Positions 16,376-25,226 of a DNA stretch of 32,691 nucleotides are shown piece by piece (position 1 is the stretch's first letter; each line of letters starts with the position of its first letter). Location: assembly GCA_964623585.1 (NCBI GenBank), contig CAZURU010000007.1:1-32691 (forward strand), given 5' to 3'. The stretch is from an uncultured bacterium (GTDB lineage Bacteria > Poribacteria > WGA-4E > WGA-3G). The translations under genes and the position numbers were made by a program. The notes below the pieces were generated by a model. It made no database searches, was not told where the DNA came from, and saw nothing but the letters and a program-made list of their open reading frames with translations.

Positions 16376-17284
16376 CTATCGTAGTTCTTCACCAACAATT
16401 AGTTGGTATGCCTCGCGATATTTCTCACTCGTCTTTTCAATGACAGTATCAGGTAATTCTGGTGCAGGGGGTTGCTTATTCCATCCGATTTCTGACAAGT
16501 AATCTCTAACGAACTGTTTGTCAAAACTCTGTTGGGGTCTACCCGGTTCATATTGGTCTGCTGGCCAAAATCTTGAAGAATCTGGCGTAAAAACTTCATC
16601 AATCAGAATTACCTTACCATCCCGTTGACCAAATTCAAACTTCGTATCACAAAGGATGATGCCGGATTGTTCAGCATGTTGGCTTGCTTTATTAAACAGC
16701 GCAAAACTGATTTCTATCAAATTGTCTGTCAGCTCTGATCCAATCTGCTCCCGCATTTCATCAATCGTAATAGGTTCATCATGTTCTCCCTGTTCTGCTT
16801 TCGTTGTCGGTGTAAATAGCAGTTCAGGTAACCTTTCAGATTCCCTTAAGCCTGTTGGCAGTTTTTGTCCACAGATCTCGCCAGTTTTCTGATATGATGA
16901 CCAACCTGACCCAGCAAGGTAACCTCTGACAACACATTCTACATCAACCCTGTCCGCCTTCTTTACGAGCATAGACCGTCCCGCTAACATGTCAGAATCC
17001 GGTTGTAAAACATCTGGATAATCATCAACTTGTGTTGTGATTACATGATTATCCACGACTGATTCTGTATATTCAAACCAGAATTCAGAAAGACCGGTCA
17101 AAACTTTGCCTTTATCCGGTATGCCATTTGGCAAGACGACATCAAATGCAGAAATGCGATCAGTAGAAATGATTAGAAATTCATCACCAAGATCATATAG
17201 ATCACGGACTTTTCCGTTATGTGAAGCCGTTAAGTTGGTTAGTTTTGTTGAAGTGATAATATCACTCATCACGGTATTTGTCAT
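16376..17284 (-). CDS. purC: Phosphoribosylaminoimidazole-succinocarboxamide (SAICAR) synthase, long form
   Basis: GKVRDLYDLGDEFLIISTDRISAFDVVLPNGIPDKGKVLT, ECVVRGYLAGSGW and LCDTKFEFG are hallmark PurC blocks. Length is 302 aa. Confidence 0.95.
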   Translation of the reverse strand: MTNTVMSDIITSTKLTNLTASHNGKVRDLYDLGDEFLIISTDRISAFDVVLPNGIPDKGKVLTGLSEFWFEYTESVVDNHVITTQVDDYPDVLQPDSDMLAGRSMLVKKADRVDVECVVRGYLAGSGWSSYQKTGEICGQKLPTGLRESERLPELLFTPTTKAEQGEHDEPITIDEMREQIGSELTDNLIEISFALFNKASQHAEQSGIILCDTKFEFGQRDGKVILIDEVFTPDSSRFWPADQYEPGRPQQSFDKQFVRDYLSEIGWNKQPPAPELPDTVIEKTSEKYREAYQLIVGEELR

Positions 17285-17293
17285 AAAACCCTC

Positions 17294-17887
17294 CTAAAGA
17301 TTGTTTATAAGTTTTTGGAGTAAAATTGCCGTCTTATTGTTCTTATCGATGCTCAATACATGTTCAATTTCTTGATTAGCCTTATGAAGATCTCCGAGGT
17401 AAAAGTAGCAACATGCTTTTAACGCATAGAGATCTGATTCAGCAGTATAGTCGTGTCTATATAAATACTGTTTCTCCGCCTGCAGCGCATTATCAATTGC
17501 TAACAATGCAGACTCAAAATCCGTTTTGTCATTCTGTCTTAAATAGAGTACATTCGCGAGTCCGACCCATGCATCTCCGTTTGATGTATCTAATTTGATA
17601 GCTGTTTGAAAAGCCTCTTGAGCAAGCGACAAAGGCAGTCCAAGGCTTAAATTGCTCCAACCGACACCATTATGTGCATCTGCTAACTCGGGGTCTGCAT
17701 TTAATGCACGTTCAAAGTTCAATATTGCTTGCGTAAAATCATCTGAATCGTAAGCAGTCCATCCTTGCTGAATATGGTTGGATGAGGTAGTGCCTTCAAC
17801 GTTGGTATCGTTTGAACAACTCATGTGAAGCATTGATGTCACAATGATTAGAAAGAGGATTGGAAATGTACAAATTACGTTTTTCAT
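17294..17887 (-). CDS. Secreted TPR-repeat protein (197 aa)
   Basis: N-terminal signal peptide MKNVICTFPILFLIIVTSMLHMSC, then TPR-like repeats (AILNFERALNADPELADAHNGVGW...). A 9-10-nt gap separates it from both neighbours on the same strand. Confidence 0.8.
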   Translation of the reverse strand: MKNVICTFPILFLIIVTSMLHMSCSNDTNVEGTTSSNHIQQGWTAYDSDDFTQAILNFERALNADPELADAHNGVGWSNLSLGLPLSLAQEAFQTAIKLDTSNGDAWVGLANVLYLRQNDKTDFESALLAIDNALQAEKQYLYRHDYTAESDLYALKACCYFYLGDLHKANQEIEHVLSIDKNNKTAILLQKLINNL

Positions 17888-17897
17888 GGATACTTTT

Positions 17898-20800
17898 TTA
17901 TTCTGATTTCAGTGATGTTAACAAAGGTAATCTGAGCGAAAAGAAGACTGCTATTGCATTAGCAATTATACCAAAACCAAATATCAAAAACAATGTAATT
18001 ATCATTGAACTCCATGGAAGAGAAGGACTACTATCTTGGGAAAAAATTGCACCCAATAGACCTGCAACAACACCGATGAACATGCCAACGAACAGTAGAA
18101 AACTGCTTTCAAGGAATAACATCCGATAGAGAAGTTCTCGTTTAAAACCGATCGCTCGTAACGTGGCTAATTCACCTCTGCGTTCCATGATGTTTCTGAC
18201 AAGTACTAACGCTAATCCAAATGTACCTAACAGTACACCTAATCCTCCAAGACTTTGAAATGTAGAAATGTAAGTATTCTGAACAGACCGAAAATTTGCC
18301 AACCTTTGTGATGCAGAGGTAACATCAAATCCATAATCCTCCAGCGTTTTTTCCAGGATTTGTGGTGTCTGTTCTTGAAGAATAGCAGGTGTTTTGATGA
18401 GGAAAAACTGATAACCATTCTGACTCGGAAAAGCGTTCTTAAAATCGGATTCTGAGATGATTAACTGACTCTGAAACAGACTATTGCTGATTGTCTCAAT
18501 CTTTAGACTTAGGTTATTGCCAGCTTCATCATGAATTACGAAGTCGTCCTTTGGATTGTGGTGTAGTATCCAACGTAGTGAATTCTCATCACCAACTGCC
18601 GGGATGTATGTGTTAGTCTGTTCTAAATCTGCTAAGTTATCCCACTCCTCAACGGCAAGTATTGTATCCGGCGCGCCTAAAATCTGGGGTTTCTCCGGTT
18701 TGTATAGATTCAGACAACTGACATCTTCCCCCGGCAACACTCTAAAGGGATATATGACAGACTTTGACAATACTTCAGCATCTTCATCGCTAAAACCGAG
18801 TTCAAATCGTCCATCGGAAGAATTAAGGTCATGGTGTAAGGGTAATGCGGATTCTGCAACATACGTATAATCACTCACAGGTGCGGTGTCTTGTCTGTTC
18901 GCGCCAACAACCACAATTATACAGCAAGCTAAACTAATGGTTAGAACACACGTTTTGCTCCGGGAGGGTTGCCTTGCAGTATTCTTTAAGGCAAATCGAA
19001 TTCTACTCAACTGAGATGAGAAACTTTGGTATTTTAACCACTTGTCAAAGTAATACCAACCGATTGAAAGTACTGTGAGTGTAATCAGAAAGAACGCAAA
19101 CACGGGTTGGTTGGCAAAATTATTGATTGCCTCTGTTACCTTACTTGTAAATGGCAGTATATTCAGCAAGCTTCCTAAAAATGCACAGATACTATACACT
19201 ATTACGTGCGGTATTAGATTCTTGGAAAAGTTCGCCAAACTATACGCTGCGACTTTAATTTGAAGCAAACGTATAAGTATGATGAGTAATGCACCTATGA
19301 ACAGAATCATGATTAGACTTAACCAATCACCTGTGAATATCACACCTCTTTCCACAATACCGATAAAGATGGCGATTAGACCTAACAATACTAAAGTCAA
19401 TTTTTTGCCAATAATTCTCTTTTTGTTGAGCTTTGACGGAATTGCGGTATCACCAGAATCTGTTTTACCTGCAAGTAGTGATACTGTTGACATCTTACCC
19501 AATCTTCCTACAGTTCTATATATTGAGAACATGACCACAACAAATGAGATGAATGCACCTATGAGTAAACTCCAAATGCTGATATGAATCTGAAGGAAAG
19601 GTGTACCGATAGCTGGAAGCCACCATGTCTTCAATCCATATATCATGAGTTGTGCATAGCCTACAGCAAGCAAACATCCTAAGATACTTCCAATGCATGT
19701 AATAATCACACCTTCAAATAGGAATCTGCTGCGGATATTAGCAACTAGGTATCCAACTGCTTGAAGTATACCTATCTCTCGTGATCTCTGTTCTACTCCC
19801 AAACGGAAAACCATACCAACCAACAACGCAACTGCTATGATGATAAACCCGCTCATACTGCTGAACAGCATTCCAAAGTCTGATGAACCTTTAGATGACT
19901 TTAGACCTTCTGAACGGAGTGCTATAGACTGAAAACCGATCTGCTCAGGATGAATAGTCTTCAAAAACTCTGATACAAAGAGCTCTTTTGTAGCCTTAAT
20001 ATCTTTTCCATGAGCAGATTCCAGTCTTATTGTTGTTAGATCACCGAATCTATTCCTCCACAGTTTCTTGCCTAATTCTAATGGAATAAATGCTTTAGGG
20101 GTAGATTTATAATCATCCCAATAGATTTCATCTTTTGGACGAATTAGACCATTATCATACGGGAAAGGTGGATCCCAATCATATATGTCGTTAGATGCAC
20201 TGACACCAGGGAAATCTGGAATTATATCGGTATCAGCTGCGATGCTCTCAATCGGTACTATGCCTTTCAAGAGAAAGTGTGTTGTTTCTGTAATGTATGC
20301 ATCGTTAGAATCTATGCTGAAGTATTTGACTGCTATTCTATCCCCAACTCTTACGTCAAGATCATCCGCTGCCCACTCATTAAGGTATATTTCATGAACC
20401 TCAATTGGTTCTTTTAATTCGGATAATCTTTTCTTTATGTCCGCATAAGTGCGTTTAACAGTATCATGTCTCTCTTTAAATTCATAAGTATGTCCATATT
20501 CTTTAAATCTGTTATTTAGTTTATCTAACTCCTCGCTTAAATTGTCCGTATCTATTGAGACTTTCTTTACCTTTTTTTCCTTTTCCTTTACGATTCTGAG
20601 TTGCTCCAGAAGTTCTTTCTCCTGATATGTATTCTGATCTATCTCGGTCGTATTAGAACTGAATAACGCCTCAAATAGACCTTCCTCAACCGGTAACGCC
20701 AAGATTGTCGAATATGGAATTGATTTTGATATAACTGATTGTTCATCAGAGGTTTTTTCTGCAACAATGCTATTGGCAAGATATGTGAGTGTTGGCAAGA

Positions 20801-21641
20801 CAGGTATGTTGTTCTCTGATGCAACTGTAAGAGCTGCTTCTGATAGAACAGGTTTAATTAAGAAGTTATCGCTTTGTAGGTCAAAATAATCGTCGTGTTC
20901 GGACAGATATATACCGAGTTCATCAAGTGTAAGTTTTAGGTCATTGTGTGTTATTGGATCCTCATCCGATGTAAAAAGCGCATTTACACTGTCAGACTGC
21001 ATGAGTGCTTTTTGCAGTTCTGGTAGTGCAATGTATGCATTCATCGGAAGGCTCTGGCTTGCATGTAGACTAAATCTACCCGCATTCTCCGTGGGGATAA
21101 TATCACTTATTACCAACCGCATACGTTTGATGGATTCTGTTGCATCGCGTTCACCGAGCAGAAATTCGGGGTGAATCTCATAAGACTGTGGTAAACTAAC
21201 AAGTATAGAATCTCCAATGTTTGCATTAAGCTCTTTTTGCAGTGAAGCATTTATGACGACTTGAGGGAAAGGACTCTGGGTCTGACTATCCAATGTTGGA
21301 ATTACGTCATCTTCCCAGAGACCGAAAAAACCGTCTGTTACACCGTAAATGTTTACTTTAGATGCGCGACTATCTGAATCGACTGCAGAAACAGAACCGT
21401 TGAGTATTATGGCAGGAACGCTGTTCTGATGGTCAACTATTTCTGGACTAAAAAAGTGTTCTGCAATTAGTATCTGTTGGATAGAACCGAGTCGTTCTAA
21501 GGTAATATTTCGCAAACTGCCACGCATTGAGTCGCCAACGATCAATGCCCCAGCAAGCACCCCAGTAGCTACAGCTGTACACAAGACAACTGTCAGATGT
21601 ATTTGCCAATAGTATCTGAATGTAATCCAAAGAGACCGCAT
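17898..21641 (-). CDS. ABC transporter permease with two FtsX/MacB-like modules (1247 aa)
   Basis: The N-terminus MRSLWITFRYYWQ..VGDSMRGSL is followed by a large extracytoplasmic domain. There are two 4-helix FtsX-like blocks (..REIGILQAVGY.. and ..RRGELATLRAIGF..). Confidence 0.9.
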   Translation of the reverse strand: MRSLWITFRYYWQIHLTVVLCTAVATGVLAGALIVGDSMRGSLRNITLERLGSIQQILIAEHFFSPEIVDHQNSVPAIILNGSVSAVDSDSRASKVNIYGVTDGFFGLWEDDVIPTLDSQTQSPFPQVVINASLQKELNANIGDSILVSLPQSYEIHPEFLLGERDATESIKRMRLVISDIIPTENAGRFSLHASQSLPMNAYIALPELQKALMQSDSVNALFTSDEDPITHNDLKLTLDELGIYLSEHDDYFDLQSDNFLIKPVLSEAALTVASENNIPVLPTLTYLANSIVAEKTSDEQSVISKSIPYSTILALPVEEGLFEALFSSNTTEIDQNTYQEKELLEQLRIVKEKEKKVKKVSIDTDNLSEELDKLNNRFKEYGHTYEFKERHDTVKRTYADIKKRLSELKEPIEVHEIYLNEWAADDLDVRVGDRIAVKYFSIDSNDAYITETTHFLLKGIVPIESIAADTDIIPDFPGVSASNDIYDWDPPFPYDNGLIRPKDEIYWDDYKSTPKAFIPLELGKKLWRNRFGDLTTIRLESAHGKDIKATKELFVSEFLKTIHPEQIGFQSIALRSEGLKSSKGSSDFGMLFSSMSGFIIIAVALLVGMVFRLGVEQRSREIGILQAVGYLVANIRSRFLFEGVIITCIGSILGCLLAVGYAQLMIYGLKTWWLPAIGTPFLQIHISIWSLLIGAFISFVVVMFSIYRTVGRLGKMSTVSLLAGKTDSGDTAIPSKLNKKRIIGKKLTLVLLGLIAIFIGIVERGVIFTGDWLSLIMILFIGALLIILIRLLQIKVAAYSLANFSKNLIPHVIVYSICAFLGSLLNILPFTSKVTEAINNFANQPVFAFFLITLTVLSIGWYYFDKWLKYQSFSSQLSRIRFALKNTARQPSRSKTCVLTISLACCIIVVVGANRQDTAPVSDYTYVAESALPLHHDLNSSDGRFELGFSDEDAEVLSKSVIYPFRVLPGEDVSCLNLYKPEKPQILGAPDTILAVEEWDNLADLEQTNTYIPAVGDENSLRWILHHNPKDDFVIHDEAGNNLSLKIETISNSLFQSQLIISESDFKNAFPSQNGYQFFLIKTPAILQEQTPQILEKTLEDYGFDVTSASQRLANFRSVQNTYISTFQSLGGLGVLLGTFGLALVLVRNIMERRGELATLRAIGFKRELLYRMLFLESSFLLFVGMFIGVVAGLLGAIFSQDSSPSLPWSSMIITLFLIFGFGIIANAIAVFFSLRLPLLTSLKSE

Positions 21642-21779
21642 AGTTTTTCCAATCAGAAATTCGTTTCACGAATGTTATATATATATATCAATAAACCGAA
21701 AACTAAATAACCATGACAGACACCCCGTTTACACAAGGGTTAATCGATGTTTCTTCAAGTCCATAACTACTCATTGCGT

Positions 21780-24200
21780 TTATTTTTTGTCTGGCTTTTT
21801 GGGTTTGGTCGGTTCCCACTTTGTTGTCCGATATTTCTCATTCACCTCTATATTGGGAGGATAGTGAATTTCCCAAACTTTAACGTCTATGCCATCACTT
21901 TCATTTGTTGGGTACACAGGCATGAATGCCTCACTATGTTCACCTCTGAATAGTTTTACAGCGAGACTATTCCAACCAATAGGTGGTATATAATAAGCCC
22001 TTTGCAATCTAATTTCAGGATCAAGGTATAAAACGACTCCGCCATTTTCAATATCCACAAAAACTTGAGAGGTAAGATTGCTAACAACATGCTGAACAGT
22101 TGCGTCAGATATTTTTTCCTGACGTTCACCAAGTTTTTGGGTTGTAAATTTATCTGCATCGCTTTCGTCTCTAAATTTTGTTGTTATCGCTAACGTTTCA
22201 GGTGTAGGACGGGAAATATCAATAAAGGATAACAAACATTCTTCGTCTCGTGATTGCATTCGGTGTGGTGTCCCGATCGGAGTTTCTGTTCGCGTTAACC
22301 GATAGGTTTTGAACTTCCTGTCACCGTTTTCATCGCTGCCAATAGATGAATAGTCTCTGGACCGAGATATCATAATTCGATCCGTCAACATCAGATGTGT
22401 GACTTTATATGTTTTTAAAAAGGAGAGTGCCTCTTGCTCGTTCTGTGCACAGAAGACATGTCGGAAAAAAAGAGATATCCGTTTTATGAACTGATCAGGG
22501 TCAATGATTGTACCTACATTGCCAAGGACATTTAGTTGTAGGCCATAAGTCCAATGTGCAGCCATGATAGATTCTTGTGGAAGTGTGTGTGTCATCCATT
22601 TATAAGCTTCTGTGTAACTATTTAGCCAGGGAATTGGAGGGTGTCCTCGGGCAGCATGAAATGACAGGTGTGCGTGTCCGCCAAAGGGCGGCCAGAAGAG
22701 AACAAGTATTAAAACGATAATAGTAATAGCTTTTGTGAAAAGTTGATCTTGTACCCTTTGGCAAACAATCTGCATGTCTTTGAGTTTTTGTATGAGGTGC
22801 GCGGAAGATATCCATAGGATCCATGCGGTACCATAGGCGAGCGGCATACCAACAAAGAAATCATTTCGTACAGCACTCCGTGATAGTCCTACCCATAAAA
22901 AAAACCATCCAAGCGTAGCGAATATAACAAGCTCATTTTCTGATTTTTCTTTTCGGAAGCTGGCAATTCCAAAAGATAAAACACTTAGAACTAACGAAAC
23001 GAAGAAAAGGATATTACATGTGCCTTCTCCAACCCATCCGTTGAGCTGATCCCGAAAGAACGTTGTTGCGGCAAACAGGGACAGAGATGCCGCTATCGGA
23101 ATTCCTTTTAATTTCCATGAATGGAGACTCGCTGCTATTAACCCGATACTACCGAAAACAAAAATCGTACCATGTCGATTCCACCAATATCGGAAATCGG
23201 GGTCGGTTAATTCCGCGATAGTCTTTATGAACTGGTTCTCATGAAACGGATATGCTGTTTCTTCTAAAGTATTAGCGTGCGTAACAATATAAACGATCCC
23301 CGCAGTAATGCTAAGTAACGTTAACCCCCAAGCCAGTTTTCGGGCATAAAGGTGTAATTGTTCTACGTGGGTCAGTAGCAGATATCTTATGCCGCGCAAT
23401 ATAAGGACTGCCAAGGGTGGAAAGAGCATAATCGCAACAAGGTGCGTATTAGAACTGTATCCACTTCGGTAGGCGGGGCTTATAAAATAGAGCCATGGAA
23501 CAAACATAAACACCCAGAGGACATACTCTATTAAGCGATCTTCTGTGTCTGTGGTACAAAATTTCCAAAGTTCTATACCTATTATAATTATTAGAAAGAA
23601 TCCAAATCCTTCCCAACTCATTCCGCCAAGGAAGACGATGACGCTGCAGAGAGCCGTTGTTACCCACCTTCGTCCTCCCGATTCCATTCGTTCCTTCCAA
23701 AGATAGCTGATCACCGCAAGAATACCGAACATCCAGCACCATGCGTCTCTGTCGCCGAATCCCGCTGCACTTCGAGCAATACTACCAGGTAAAGTCGCGA
23801 GTAGCAGGATAACAATAGCGGCGAAGTAGACTCCATGGACGCGAACTAGAAAAAGACATAACACACTGAGACCTATAATGAAACAGATACAGGGTAAGTA
23901 AACTTGGATATGGTATAATGTAAGCTTTGGAAATATCCATCCGATTGACTTATGAATATAAGCAATACCATAGGCATAGAGATACAAACGTTGTCCATTT
24001 TCTCTACCCTCCGGCAACCAACGGTGCATATCGCGAGCAGGAAGTATCCCGTGTTCAGCAATCTCTTGCGCCTGCAGAGCGTAGAGATAGGCATCATTAG
24101 AGGAATATTGATTGTCAGGTAATCTTTCAACACCTTGGATACGAATCCAGAAGGCAAGTAGCAAGATAGCACATAATAAGATTTTTTGATAGTGCTCCAT
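21780..24200 (-). CDS. STT3/PglB/AglB-family oligosaccharyltransferase homologue with degenerate WWDYG motif (806 aa)
   Basis: About 13 TM helices. The first-loop acidic motif is SSNDAYLYAL...D..WLPEG. AGFGDRDAW is a DxD-type motif. KTIAELTDP is a TIXE motif. HWTYGLQLNVLGNVGTIIDPDQF (HWTYG = nt 22542-22556) aligns with WWDYGYWI..GNRT..D. Confidence 0.7.
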   Translation of the reverse strand: MEHYQKILLCAILLLAFWIRIQGVERLPDNQYSSNDAYLYALQAQEIAEHGILPARDMHRWLPEGRENGQRLYLYAYGIAYIHKSIGWIFPKLTLYHIQVYLPCICFIIGLSVLCLFLVRVHGVYFAAIVILLLATLPGSIARSAAGFGDRDAWCWMFGILAVISYLWKERMESGGRRWVTTALCSVIVFLGGMSWEGFGFFLIIIIGIELWKFCTTDTEDRLIEYVLWVFMFVPWLYFISPAYRSGYSSNTHLVAIMLFPPLAVLILRGIRYLLLTHVEQLHLYARKLAWGLTLLSITAGIVYIVTHANTLEETAYPFHENQFIKTIAELTDPDFRYWWNRHGTIFVFGSIGLIAASLHSWKLKGIPIAASLSLFAATTFFRDQLNGWVGEGTCNILFFVSLVLSVLSFGIASFRKEKSENELVIFATLGWFFLWVGLSRSAVRNDFFVGMPLAYGTAWILWISSAHLIQKLKDMQIVCQRVQDQLFTKAITIIVLILVLFWPPFGGHAHLSFHAARGHPPIPWLNSYTEAYKWMTHTLPQESIMAAHWTYGLQLNVLGNVGTIIDPDQFIKRISLFFRHVFCAQNEQEALSFLKTYKVTHLMLTDRIMISRSRDYSSIGSDENGDRKFKTYRLTRTETPIGTPHRMQSRDEECLLSFIDISRPTPETLAITTKFRDESDADKFTTQKLGERQEKISDATVQHVVSNLTSQVFVDIENGGVVLYLDPEIRLQRAYYIPPIGWNSLAVKLFRGEHSEAFMPVYPTNESDGIDVKVWEIHYPPNIEVNEKYRTTKWEPTKPKKPDKK

Positions 24201-24432
24201 AGTGTATTACAACCGAAAGTTATATTGCCAATAGAATGTGATACCCACGTTTTTTCAGTTGTATCCTTGTAAGATAAAGCTTTTGTAAAAACACTGATGT
24301 TAGGCCTATTAGTTTTAAGAAATATCCGTTAATCGGTATTACTGAAAGTTTATATTGTATGTTGGGTTTCGCTTCACACTACCCATAGGTGTCATTTTAA
24401 GGATTTTACTAATATATGAACGAGACGTTATT

Positions 24433-24650
24433 ATGGACAAAGAAGTGTCTGAAATTACTGATAACGTAGAAGAACTAAATGCTGTTCTGAAAGAATCTAA
24501 GAATACGACTGAAAAGTATAGATTGCGTATGCTTTATCTGCCAAAAGTGGAGAAGCGAAAACGCGCATAGAAGTCGTACGCTTGCTCGGTATGTATTCCG
24601 GGCAGTTGCTGATGTGCCATAAATCTTTCAAACGCAAGAAAAATTCGTCC
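24433..24650 (+). pseudogene. Relic of a transposase-type HTH (IS630-like orfA N-terminus)
   Basis: MDKEVSEITDNVEELNAVLKESKNTTEKYRLRMLYL is followed, after a frameshift at ~24540, by SAKSGEAKTRIEVVRLLG. This resembles the (E)RL..LYLLK.G.a.T..EVA.LLG pattern of IS630-type HTH proteins. No DDE domain follows. Confidence 0.3.
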
Positions 24651-24825
24651 AGTTTACAAAAAAGTGATATAATCTTCATAGAGAACTCCGTTGTAAAGTT
24701 TGATTTACTTATTATACCAAAGGGGTTCTTATAAACAAACTCCTAATTTATTTCGAAACTCACGTTAAATATACTTTAATGTCATACAAAAAGTCAATAG
24801 AAATTTGCGATTAATTCAGAGGCAT

Positions 24826-25065
24826 TCAATTGTCGGTATTTATCCCGATTAGTTTTAATGCTTTTTTTGAATGTGCTGCAAAATAACGAAGTGCGTTTTC
24901 TATTTCTGTGTGTTCTGAAATGCGTAGCAAGCTTATTACAGTATTTCGTAATGCTGCCATGACTTATGGTATGCTACTACACCGAACTTGTGATACGTCT
25001 TCACCGAACAGCATATCCCGATTGCTAAGAGAGGCAGGTTCTCTATTTCCCAATGTCCGTGTCGG
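24826..25065 (-). pseudogene. C-terminal relic of an ISAs1-family DDE transposase
   Basis: The minus frame reads TLGNREPASLSNRDMLFGEDVSQVRCSSIP*VMAALRNTVISLLRISEHTEIENALRYFAAHSKKALKLIGINTDN*. This fits the (HWxIENrLHWvRDV)tFGEDxSqvRxGxxPxvMAaLRNxaIsLLR...AL.LLG tail of ISAs1-type transposases. There is an in-frame TAA at 24964-24966 and the frame is lost upstream of 25065. Confidence 0.5.
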
Positions 25066-25210
25066 AGTTCAAAATAACCTTGCTACGGATTCCTACAAAA
25101 AGTTTACACACACCTCAGGACCATCTGGTGACAAAAACTTGACACCCGCATTGCACAATTGCGAAAATTTATGTTGACTTTTGTATGAAATATAAGTATA
25201 ATTAATGTTA

Positions 25211-25226
25211 TCAATACCTTCGCCAA
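25211..25226. repeat. IS left terminal inverted repeat
   Basis: tcaataccttcgccaa, the perfect reverse complement of 26655-26670. Confidence 0.9.

Noticed and set aside
24303-24345. A possible third fragment of the ISAs1 tail (cctattagttttaag ... atcggtatta)
   Set aside because: The matches are short (11 and 8 exact nt), sit in permuted order relative to 24831-24860, and lie in AT-rich sequence. It is mentioned under the IS-relic finding but not annotated as a feature.
24908-25177. 89-aa plus-strand ORF
   Set aside because: It lies antisense to the ISAs1-type transposase relic, has no RBS and has no recognisable motif.
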